NCBI GenBank assembly: GCA_973851085.1
Contig: OZ316775.1
Coordinates: 5,828,001 to 5,892,000 of the forward strand
Source of the DNA: Ptychomitrium polyphyllum
Lineage: Eukaryota
Direction: 5' to 3'
Length of the DNA: 64,000 nt
The translations under genes and the position numbers were made by a program. Below the pieces are notes generated by a model. The model had not been told where the DNA came from, did no database searches, and saw nothing but the letters and a program-made list of their open reading frames with translations. Position 1 is the first letter of the stretch, and the number at the start of each line of letters is the position of its first letter. Positions 1 to 10,849 of this stretch are shown here, piece after piece.

Positions 1-2089
1 ATCTCAAACTTATTGACACTTTCCCTATGTCACATGGGCAGTCATCATCATCTTATAGGTGTATCCAGGATTCCAGATGAACAAGTGACCATCATTGCAT
101 CCTTTTATAAAAATCTCCAGCATTCTGTTCAGGGATGCGACTGTTACTCAGAATTCTACAACAGCAGCTGAAGACCTCAAGAAAATGCCAAGATTTGTGT
201 CATGGTAAAAATCTTAACAACTAGTACATATCAAGAACATGATAATACAAGTTATCACAGTATCATTGAAGTTTGAATTTGATACCTGATACATGTAGTT
301 TAGTTTTCCCTTCAAACTTCATTTAAAAGATGAACAGATTTAGAATAAATTCATCCAAAACGTTGCCTACACATTTTGATTACAAGTTTAGTGCACTTTA
401 TTCAATCATGCAGTATCTAAAAAATTGATTATGGATAATCAAATGTGCAAGCTTTTACATCCTTGATTAACATAGCAGAATATTTTGTGGACTAAACACA
501 ACTTCAAACCAATAAATAAAACACGTTGGATTTGAAAATATAAGTTTTTTCATTGCATAGACTTTGGTTTATATAAACATGGAAAAAAAATTGGTTTTAA
601 TAAATCTGGAATTTGATGTCGTCAAATGGATTGAAATACTTCTCATTTACATTGATTAATAGGATGCAATTATTATCATCATTGTGTTGTAAATGTAGTA
701 TGGCAGGTTATAGATGACAATCTCCATAATTTAAACTTTTATTTACATATTCATACAATTGAATGATGAATCATTCATATACATAAACAAACAGTATGGT
801 TTTGCATAATTAATGTAGAATTGAAGATGTCATCTTAGACTTCTCAATTCAATGGCAATATTATTACCATAAGTATTTTGTATGCCGACAACAAAAATCA
901 ACTTTCAATTGAATTATTTTATTGGAATGAATATTCAGGTGTAAAGATTTTTTACATGCTTTTGTACATTTGAAGAGAGTGGTCTAGCCTAATGTGCTGC
1001 ACATAATTAAGGATCAGAAAGGAAACAAGTCAAAGATTCCTGGTAAATTTGACAAGATATATGAAGATTGTCATTTTCTCCTACAGAGTTGGAATTTGGT
1101 TAATAGGTGGAGTAACTTGAGAGAGGTTCAGTGAGCTGAAATGTTGATTTAGTCCAGCTCAGGTTTCTGAGCAAGAAAGCAACAAGGAATCACCTCCAGC
1201 CATTCACAGGTATTCTCTTTACCAAAGTTCAAAAGATACAAGTACATTCTCATGGCCATATTAATTTTCTTCTCACATACGATATCCAAAATCAGTTGAA
1301 CTTTGTAATGTAGTAGGTGGATTTGCTGCATGCTGCAAATAGTTTTTCATTCGTTGACAAAAATCCAATGATTTTTTTAAAAGGAGTAAAATTGCCAAAT
1401 TACTACCAATCTTAATTAAAATGGAATATTTTATTATACTGTAGTAGATTTTATGCCACATATGTACCTACGTTTCTTGGAAATTTGTCAGATTTGGATG
1501 AAAATTTGCACGTTCATTTAGAAGAGTAACATATTTGGATTATTAAACTATAGTTACAGAGGTGAAGTCATTACTGGTCACCACTTGTTACACACAAAGA
1601 AATTAGTCATCACCAGATTGGAAATCTGCCTAAATGATTTGAGTTTTTTCTAAAAAGAAGAGCCACTGATAAAATTTCTCCGTTCTGCTACTTTAACTGC
1701 CAGTTGGGTTTTTGCATCGAATTTGACTTGGTTTTTCGAAAAAAGAAAAACGAAAATTTTTAATATGTGTATTCAATATATTATTATGATAATAATGACT
1801 CATCGTTATACTGCACATGGAAGATTCAGATTATATATTGCCATGAAAGCTGTCAAAGCCACAAAACAGTCACCGACACAAAACTTACAGAAGCATACCC
1901 ATGGTATAAATTGTTACATCTCTCCATTTGGCCCTGGTTTATCTTTGGTTGGTTGTCCTTGAACCCCTTAAGAGGTTACAGCTACCCCCTAAATGACTAT
2001 TTTTGAAAATTATTTGTGAAAGATTTCACGATGAATGTAAGTTTCTTGGAAATTTTATTCCTACCTCTTGAAATTAAATTCAAATCTTC

Positions 2090-2144
2090 AAAGTGAAAAG
2101 TACTTTAGGACCCATCAAAAGTGAAAAGTACTTTAGGACCCATC
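2090..2144. repeat. 28-bp-period tandem duplication (AAAGTGAAAAGTACTTTAGGACCCATC x2)
   Basis: Two exact 27-nt copies at 2090-2116 and 2118-2144. Confidence 0.9.
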
Positions 2145-2289
2145 GCTAGTTTATAGCTTACTTTGTATCTAAACGATATATTAGAAGTTTCTGCTCAAGA
2201 TAATATCCTATTATTATCAATTTCTTGGCATGCCAATAGTCAAAATCCAGGTCTTGCACTTAGAGGTTTTAGTAAATGTTTATAATGCA

Positions 2290-2352
2290 ATTATGTAAAA
2301 AGCTAGTGCTCTATTATGTAAGGAGCTAGTGCTCTATTACGTGAGGAGCTAG
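2290..2352. repeat. 23-bp minisatellite, ~2.7 copies (ATTATGTAAGGAGCTAGTGCTCT)
   Basis: Units at 2290, 2313 and 2336 with a few mismatches. Confidence 0.85.
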
Positions 2353-5300
2353 CAACCAATCATAAAGCTCAATTCCAAAATCAACAAAGTCTATGAGATT
2401 AATCCAAGCCTACTTTCTTTTCTAGTTTATGATAATTTAAAATTTTGATTCAAGAATGATAGGAATTTTTCTATTTTTTTAAAAAGAAGAATTTTATTCC
2501 ATTGTAAAATCATGATACTTGTCAACAATTAAAAATGGAAAGGGTTTGTGTACCAAGTTGCTGAACATGATTCATGCCTTAGTGAATTTACTGCCACATG
2601 TTAACATTGTTCTTTGTTGATACATTTATATTTAAAAGTGTTAGATGACTATTTTAATTAATTTAATGCTTATAAAAATAGTTTTTACAAAAAATAAAAT
2701 TCATCACTTTTGAAAATCCATTAAAATTTGATTTTCACATGTTGGTATTACTTCCAATATTAACAAATGGGTTAAATAATATAAGATGTTTTACAAGTAG
2801 CAAAATACACTGTTGCTTTCCATTAAATCCTGTACCTTTAAATAACACTTCTGTAATGAAACGTATAATAAGACCTACAATCATCTAGTCTACAGTCATA
2901 TAATTCATAAATATTTTTTTGCTAAGTATTGTGTTATAAATTAAATTACTTTTGAAAAAATCCAAAATATTTGAAAGCTGATTCTAAAAATTTGAAAAAA
3001 GTAATAAATTTCTTAATCAAAGTTAAAAAAAACCCAAGTTTTAAATAGGATCACGATAATCACTTTCTGTAAATAGCCAAATGATAAATATACTACTACA
3101 TAATTTTAAAATAAGCCTATTGTAAAAATATCAAATTTTGATTTGTTATTTTAATTGATAAATACCACCTTTAATTAAAAATTCATAGTATAAAACAAAT
3201 CTATAAAGTACTTTAATTTAACAAAAACATCATTATAAAGAATGTTATCAAATACATATTATTCTTGATGAAATATCTTTTGGAAATTTATCACAAATGA
3301 AAATTATAATTATAAATATATATAATTCTAATGCAGTTGAAGTATCTAATGTTAGAAGATAAATCTTCATCTTTTTAAGAATATAACATATAATCTTTCC
3401 AAAAAGATATGAGCAATTTATTCAAAATGTAGTGAGACAACGAAATAAACAATATAAATTGAATGAATACATAGGAATATTGTAGTTCAAAATATATCAA
3501 AGTAATTTTAATAGTTCATATAGAATAATAAAGATACATCAATCTTTTTTTTTTCTTAATAATAAAAGTAAGCATACATAGATTATTTTTGAGAAAATTT
3601 AAAAAGTTGTTAATATCTTTTACTTCATATTACTTTTGATTTTCAAAAAAATCAATAATTATTAAATCTTCTTCAAATTTACACACTAGCATGACCAAAG
3701 TCCAAATAAATGGATTTGCATTGATTGTATCATAAATTTTGGATCTTTATTGATCTTCTTACATGGTGAAAATATGAATTTTTGTGTGGACAAATTAATA
3801 TTCGAATCTTATTTGAAACCAACCAATTTTTTTAATTGGACATTTTAGAATCGGTAATAATGAAATTTAGATTATGGATTAAATTCCTCATTTTTATTTC
3901 TAAAAATTATTTTTTCATAATAAGATTTTAGAATTTTGATAGGCTTTAACAATGTTTGTTAAATTCTATTTTATTTTCAAAAAAAAAAATTCTTAAAAAA
4001 TGTGAGATTGTACTAGTTTTGTCCAAATAAAAACATTTTTAAATTTTTGAAAAAAAATAATTTATTGCCTGTAATAATGTTTTCTACTTTTGGAATACTT
4101 TAAATGATCATATTGCATCCCTCTATAATTTTTTAGGTTTGAGTAACAAATAATTAATATAATCTTCTATATAAATCATGGAATATGAATCACAAATTTT
4201 GTCCTCTATAAGTCTTTGCAAACTTCATAAGCTTGTTCACATTGAAGATAATAAATGATGATTTAAATGAAAGTTCTAAGCTATAAATTTTTTGTGGATT
4301 AAAATGTACAATAATAGATGAGTTTAAAAATCAATTTTTAGCTAATGAATGATATTATTCCTTCAAGCTCATGAATCATGTTTTATAAAACACTCCAAAA
4401 TAGGGTTGTCTACTAGTCTATACATCTAATGGTATCCATTTGTCAACAAAGAATTCCAATGAATTTCATGTTTGTCCAATGAGGCTCAATTATAATATAA
4501 TCTTTGATAAGGTGTATTTGAACTTATCCTATATCATGTGGCTATCATGTAAGTAATCTTAGTTAGATGCAAGCGTACAAGGGGTGCCTATATGCCAACT
4601 CTTGCAATCCATTCCTAAAATAGCTCATGTCTCTTTGAATGCATTCCCTCTTCTCCTTCTTCTTGGTGCCAATGCATTGTTATTGGTGTTACATGCACAT
4701 ATTTAGAAATTGGACATACCTTTTCTTATAAATGTATTGTGGACATTTATATGGAATTTTCCTCTTTAATGTTACAAAAGATGTGTAATTTGAGATAAAA
4801 TGTAAATAATTTTTTTAACAGTTTTCTATTTTTACAAGTAAATTTCCAACACAAATTGGGACAAATTCATCCATATGTCACATCAATTCATTTGATTTGA
4901 TTTGACTAATTTAAAACCATTTAATAAAACAATTCTATTGCAAAACCTCCATTTTGTTTTAAAAAGATGAATATGTACATATATGTGATATTATTATTAT
5001 TATTATGATTTTTCCAACTACACTTGTAGAATGTACAACAAAGTTATAAGCAAAAATGTATGGATTTTTTTTTTAATCAAGTCAATTGCATGGATTAGAA
5101 AATTATAGCATTTGAAGTAATTTAAAGTAAAACTTATTTTGCACCATGTTTACCATGATCAATATACTTGATTTTCTGTTAAAATGATACTTTTATACTA
5201 AATGTGTTTTTTATCATCACAAGGAAATCATTTTAGGTATTTATGCACCAAATTTGAGCACTATGGGTAGGGTGTGACGTGTCCAAGGGAAGGAAATTCA

Positions 5301-5518
5301 AAATATGATAAATACTCATCGTTACTTTTGCAAAACATATTTTTTATGAAATCTTTGGTCAAAGAATAAATTTTCGATTGCTACTTTCTACTTTAAAAAT
5401 GCTGTTGTATGTGCTTATTACTTTGCATCTTGCCTGACAAGCTCACTTAAAGAATTTCATCCAATTCATTTTTTTTGGACCTAATACTTTCATCCAGTTC
5501 ATCCCTGGTTGACATCAA

Positions 5519-5586
5519 TTTGGATGAGCCAGTGAAGTTTGGATGAGCCAGAGAAGTTTGGATGAGCTAGTGAAGTTTGGATGAGC
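5519..5586. repeat. 19-bp tandem repeat, ~3.6 copies (TTTGGATGAGCCAGTGAAG)
   Basis: Units at 5519, 5538, 5557 and a partial unit at 5576; no unique spacers. Confidence 0.9.
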
Positions 5587-6064
5587 ACAGGCTGCAGTGG
5601 ACAAATTTGGTGGCTGAGATTCCATGATCCTATCCAAATTATCATGAAGCCGAACTTGTGACTCGGATAGAACAAATAATCAAAGGATGAGAAGAAGTTA
5701 CTTGAAGAGCAGATCATGAGCCAATGGGAACTTAAAGGCAGTTGGAGGAACGGATGATTTTTGCGGGTGGCTTTATTGGGAGCAACAGAGTGCGGCTAAG
5801 GACATTTCATACATCTACTGCCCAGCGCAGGGATAGTCGCGGAAACAGTGGTCAGTCACTAATTTATGGGATGCCCCAGAAAGGTGACGAGAAAGAGCAT
5901 AAGTTCCCAGCCACAAACAAGCGAGTAGAGGAGCTTGAAGAGTGGGGAGAGCAGAGCAGTTATTCGGAATTCTTGGGCAGTCAAAACATCTATGCCCGAC
6001 ACTTCGGATAGTCGGTTTCATGCCTGCCCGCCATCTGTGTGCTCCACGAGAGTTTGAATGATCG

Positions 6065-7178
6065 GGCCCCACTTTGGTGGACTGCGAAGTACTTTCACCA
6101 CAAAGATCTCCATCGGCTGCCGTAAAACGGGCTGCGCCGTAAACATGCTGACTCACCCATTAGTGCTTATTTCCCACTCTTGTGCAGGTGTCTTAAGCAT
6201 GTGACGTGGAAGTTATTGAAATCTTATTTGTTTACTCAAGCAGTCTTGCAATGAGATGTTTTTTGAAGTAAATCTTTGCGGAGCTTTCTGTGTATTATTT
6301 TTGTAGAATGAAGTTATAATCTTCATTTTACAAGCTAATTCAATTCCAATCACTATTGTTATAATTTTATACACTCTGTTGAAGCAAATCAATTATAAAG
6401 GGAGTGATATAACAAAATTTGTAAAGATCTTAAGCCAGAAAGGAGAGTGCACATTTATTTTTGTTGATGTAGTGTGTTCCATGCAACAAAGCAAGGATGA
6501 ATTTAGTGTTCATTGCTTTTAAATAATACAATAATAACAACTGGAACACAATACAAAAACCATGGGAGCCCAATAAAAAAAATTAACCAATATGAAGGTG
6601 CATGAATACCACGGCACACTATCAATTACAGTTGCAATGGCAAAACCGCGCTCCGTATAGAAAAGAATCCAGGGAATACCGCTAAGCACGATCAACGCGA
6701 CTATGAAAGTGTGAACAAGAAAAACCACGAGGACTGCAATTCCACCCAACCCGATTAACCCCGGGGGCTTTTCGGTAACTCTCGGGCGCCCAAACTTTCT
6801 CGTCGCACTTTAGCGTGGACGAGCTCGGACTTTTCCACTCATCCAGGGCCCCACAGAAGGGCTTTATCATCCGCTGAGGGGAAAAGCACATCCACGTCGG
6901 TCGGAGGCGCTCAAGAGAAGGGCTTCGCAGCCTGTATTCTTCCCTCGCTTCGCTTTTCTTGCTGCACAACTAAACTCTCTCAGATCGCGCGCCCCGCAGC
7001 CTCCCTGCTCTCCTTGCTCTTCGCTTGCCTCGCCTCGGGCGCTTTCCTTTGACCGCTTACTCGCCCCTTGCGGTGCCCTGTAGTGGTAGTTTCAGTCGGT
7101 TCTCGGCCGATGTCGGTTGTGCGATCTGGTGCGTTTTGAGTTCGGAGTTTTCAGGGTTGGTTTTTTGGGTTTCACGTG
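6065..7178 (+). promoter_or_regulatory. Putative CCA1 promoter/5' leader with TCP-site and G-box motifs
   Basis: GGCCCCAC (matches GGNCCCAC) at 6065-6072 and 6847-6854; TGACGTGG 6202-6209; CCACGT 6892-6897; CACGTG 7173-7178; CT-rich leader-like sequence at ~6930-7070. Motif matches only. Confidence 0.4.
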
Positions 7179-8002
7179 TTTGTTGGTTGTGTTGTTTAGG
7201 CTAACAAGCCAAGTTTTGAAATTTGAGTTTCAGAGGTTTACGGTTGGATTTGCGGAGTTTTAGGGGGTTTGGCCACCATTCTAGAGAGGTAGAGAGAAAT
7301 TTGGGTAGAAGGGGAATTTGGTAACTTGGGAGTGGATCCGTGGGAGTGCGGTTGCAGTAGAATCTGCTTGGTTTGAAGTGAGTTGAGGTTTTGGAGTTCG
7401 GAGCTTGGTTGAGCTTGAGGAGAAGGCTTCGTCGCGGGACATTCTCGAGGGAGAGGGTGTTCTGTTGTATTGGTTGTGTGGGATTGTCTGCTGCGAGTTC
7501 TTCTTCATTTGAGTCTGCTCCGAGTTCTGCGTTAGACTCTTCTCCGATTGGAATCGAGCGTGTTAGGAAGCCATTTGGGAACTGCCGTCCTCACGATTCG
7601 AGTGTGGTGCTTCAACAGAGGAAGGGAGATCATCATTTCGGAGGTTCTGAGATCTTGAAGAGAGTAGAAGCAGGTGGTGGTGTTTGGAGGAGCGGATCTT
7701 TGGATGGGTTGGGGTGCAGGAAGTGCAACGGGGAATGGTCTCAGACACTTTCTATGTGAGCAACGTTTTACTGAAGGTGGTGGTGGAAGGAAAAGACTTT
7801 ACGGGTGTGAATGAGAGGTAGTTGGCGCAGACATCGTTGGTGATGAGCGGCATCCAGTTTCAGGTTTGAAGTTAGACTCCCAGGTTTCTTCTTTTGCAGA
7901 GCTTGGCTTTTTCTCTGACCGATGGTACAAAGGAAAAGTTTGTTGCTCTCCTTAAGATTGGGTTAGGAATTTGAGTGTGAGCACGGACAGTAGACTAAAG
8001 TT

Positions 8003-10849
8003 ATGATCCCGATGACACCCAGTTCTCCTGCTTGCTACTGTGAGCTTGAAGGCGCAGGCGAGGAGGGTAACTACTGGCCATCTGTGTCTCCCGGAGTGCC
8101 TCTGTCTACCTCTGGCGATGAAGGTGCGGGTACCAAGGTGCGGAAGCCGTACACGATAACGAAGCAGAGAGAACGGTGGACGGAGGAGGAGCATCAGAAG
8201 TTTCTCGAGGCTTTAAAGCTATACGGTCGCGCTTGGCGAAGGATTGAGGAGCACATTGGTACGAAGACCGCCGTGCAGATTCGATCGCATGCCCAGAAGT
8301 TTTTCTCGAAGATCGAGAGGGATGTCACCGCAGGGCAAGATGCCGAAACAGGAGTAGCACAGGTGATAGATATTCCCCCACCTCGTCCGAAGCGGAAGCC
8401 TACTCATCCGTACCCTCGCAAAGCAGGCCGGAGTTTTGGCAAGACACCCGAGGATGAGTGCCCTTTGGCTGCGACGGGTTCTATCAGTTCTTCGTCTGGA
8501 GTTTCGACAGCAAACATCACAGAAGGCTGTTCGAAGAGCAATGTTTGGGAGCAGGATGACACGGCAGAAGCATGTCATCAGGATGTTCCGAAAGCCAACA
8601 AGGATGTAGATGCCACTCGTCCTTGGAGAATCCCAAAGTCGGGTAATCATGCGAACGCCGGGTCATCACCAGTTCAGCCGACCGTTGTAGCTCCGAATCC
8701 AGGGCCGCAGATGATCAACCACACGCCGGTCTCAATTCCTGCTTTTCCGGCGGCCATGCCATGGACTCGGATATTTGGTGGAGCGATCAACCCAGCAATG
8801 GTGAATCCAACTATGATGAATCCGCAGGGCATGATGATGCCTTGGGGTGGTGCATCCAATGCCCAGGGGCTTGAGAACGGAGGTGCGGTTTCAGCCATGG
8901 CGGCCACAATCGCAGCCGCATCTGCATGGTGGGCTATGCAGGGAGGTATGCCGTCTGGTGTGATGCATCCAGCTTTGGGTGCCATGTACTTAGGGGGTGG
9001 CCCTCCCCTTGCTATCCCAACTCCATTTCTTTTTCCTCAGTGTGCTCCTCGAGAGGTCACTGTAGCGGCAGTTCCATGTGGTGACAGTAAAGAAGTTCCC
9101 ACAGCACATGTTGTGGATGATGGTCAGGACATCCCGAGCTGTAATGGCAACTCGAGGTCAAGTGCTATGCGAAGGGCGGAGAGGGCCCAGCGAGTGAAGG
9201 AACTGAAGGCTCGACGAATGGGTTCAGGGAATCACCTGGTATCTGTTTCGTCTGACATATGTGCATCCACTTCAGGGGGAAGCGGAACGAATCTTACTGC
9301 TGGACAGGTCACGATCGATAATTTATCGTCGGAAAGTGCTGCCAATTCTCTATCCAAGGGGATGTCGCTCCCTGCAGATCTGAACAAGATTAAGCAAGTT
9401 TTACATGGCCTTGTTCGTAAGGATAGGGAGGCGCTTGCAGATGGTGGCCCTGAAGATGATGGTGATGAGAAGCGTAAGCGACTTCGAGGTGGCAAACCCA
9501 CAACTCATATCATAATGGGTGATGGTGAGGACCATCCTGCAGCTGTTGGTCAAGGCCGTGAAGCACTAGCAGGTTTGCATGCTCACCTGGAAAAGGTACG
9601 GTCCGTGAGCGGCTCAAACAGCTTACCTGTGAAGTTCACAAATACTGATGTTAAAGAGGCTTATGAAGAAGTCTCTCCCACCGACGCTTCCTGTGGAAGT
9701 GATACTAGTGAAGGTGCAGGTGCTGGTCAAGCTGATGGCAATGGGTCGAGAGGAGGGCCAAGCTCCAACTCGTCAGCATGTGGAAACGCTGCTGAAGGTA
9801 AGGACAGGTCAGGGTCAAGTGATGGATCATCAGAAGAAGAAGCTACATGCAACGTTGATAGGCAACGAGAATTGGAGAAGAATGGGAGAAGCTTATTTGA
9901 CCCTGATGCGGAAGACAACACGGATGAGAAAGCCGGAAGAACCTCCAAGCAATTCACCTTCAATGAGTTTCTTCCGGTTTGTAAGGATGGAGACAGATGC
10001 GAGAAGCCAGAGGGTTCATCGCGGCTGCCAAGAACGGTGTCTATTGATGGGGAGCAGAGGAAGGAAGTGACAGAGAGAGGCCAGATCGCCTTTCAAGCTC
10101 TTTTCAAGCGAGGTACTCTACCGCGGACATTTTCTCCTCCTCCGGGGCTGGCTCTTGGAACAGGATCGAAAGAGGTCTTCCCTTCTAAGCAGCCGTCATC
10201 TGTCTGCAACATAAATCGGAGTTTGAGCGCTAACGCGATATCATGTGATACGTTGGAATTACGTTCCCCACTGCGGACTCGTAAAGGTCAAGATACTGCG
10301 CTCAATACATGGGAGCATTTAAGAGGCACTTCCAGTGTCTCAAAGGTGGACCGATGCGAAAGCGGCATATTTATACCATCTTCGAGACCGACGAAGAGCT
10401 TAGAAGATCTCCAGTCTTCTGAACGCCGGCGAAACAATCGCAAGGGGCGGTCACACTCTCTAGCCAACAATTGGCTCCAATTGGCTCCATCATCATCTCT
10501 TGATAAAGACAGTGATGCGGATGAAGAGGGCGAAGAAGACGAGGGTGCAGACTCAGGAGCAGAGGAGGGTTGTAAGGAGCAGCAAAAAGAAAATTTTGTT
10601 TGTAAGCTAGGTCTTCCCATTGCAAGTCAGGATAACAAGCTCCATTCTGATACAGATGGTCCTGGCCCAACCAGCCTCGATCCGAGTTCGACAGTTAAAA
10701 GGCATACATTATTCTTGTCTATAGATAGTACAGGATTGAAGAATACTGATGGCAGTGTGTCCACTAGAACTGTGAAATATAGCGGGGTAGGTTTTGTTCC
10801 GTATCAAAGAGCTTCTACCCGTGTGGAGGCTCGTGAAGAGAAGCTTTGA
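8003..10849 (+). CDS. CCA1: CCA1/LHY-type single-MYB (SHAQKF) circadian clock transcription factor, 948 aa, single coding exon
   Basis: KVRKPYTITKQRERWTEEEH...QIRSHAQKFFSK MYB domain, IPPPRPKRKPTHPYPRKA, ATIAAASAWW, KEVTERGQIAFQALF..LPRTFSPP and C-terminal GFVPYQR, all hallmark CCA1/LHY blocks. Paralogue (a or b) not determinable. Probable 5'UTR intron acceptor TTCTTTTGCAG ends at 7899. Confidence 0.95.
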   Translation: MIPMTPSSPACYCELEGAGEEGNYWPSVSPGVPLSTSGDEGAGTKVRKPYTITKQRERWTEEEHQKFLEALKLYGRAWRRIEEHIGTKTAVQIRSHAQKFFSKIERDVTAGQDAETGVAQVIDIPPPRPKRKPTHPYPRKAGRSFGKTPEDECPLAATGSISSSSGVSTANITEGCSKSNVWEQDDTAEACHQDVPKANKDVDATRPWRIPKSGNHANAGSSPVQPTVVAPNPGPQMINHTPVSIPAFPAAMPWTRIFGGAINPAMVNPTMMNPQGMMMPWGGASNAQGLENGGAVSAMAATIAAASAWWAMQGGMPSGVMHPALGAMYLGGGPPLAIPTPFLFPQCAPREVTVAAVPCGDSKEVPTAHVVDDGQDIPSCNGNSRSSAMRRAERAQRVKELKARRMGSGNHLVSVSSDICASTSGGSGTNLTAGQVTIDNLSSESAANSLSKGMSLPADLNKIKQVLHGLVRKDREALADGGPEDDGDEKRKRLRGGKPTTHIIMGDGEDHPAAVGQGREALAGLHAHLEKVRSVSGSNSLPVKFTNTDVKEAYEEVSPTDASCGSDTSEGAGAGQADGNGSRGGPSSNSSACGNAAEGKDRSGSSDGSSEEEATCNVDRQRELEKNGRSLFDPDAEDNTDEKAGRTSKQFTFNEFLPVCKDGDRCEKPEGSSRLPRTVSIDGEQRKEVTERGQIAFQALFKRGTLPRTFSPPPGLALGTGSKEVFPSKQPSSVCNINRSLSANAISCDTLELRSPLRTRKGQDTALNTWEHLRGTSSVSKVDRCESGIFIPSSRPTKSLEDLQSSERRRNNRKGRSHSLANNWLQLAPSSSLDKDSDADEEGEEDEGADSGAEEGCKEQQKENFVCKLGLPIASQDNKLHSDTDGPGPTSLDPSSTVKRHTLFLSIDSTGLKNTDGSVSTRTVKYSGVGFVPYQRASTRVEAREEKL

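Noticed and set aside
1087..1209. Exon-like segment with AG/GT borders
   Set aside because: Stops in all three frames and no identifiable product; it could be UTR or pseudogene but cannot be supported.
5519..5586. CRISPR-like array
   Set aside because: Units are directly tandem with no unique spacers, there are no cas genes, and the context is eukaryotic.
7281..7759. ORFs of 61-122 aa upstream of CCA1
   Set aside because: They lie in the probable 5'UTR intron, are low complexity, some use non-ATG starts, and have no domain similarity.
8219..10670. Antisense and alternative-frame ORFs inside CCA1 (likewise inside MAKR, lectin and NPH3)
   Set aside because: Expected shadows of GC-rich coding sequence, with no recognisable motifs.
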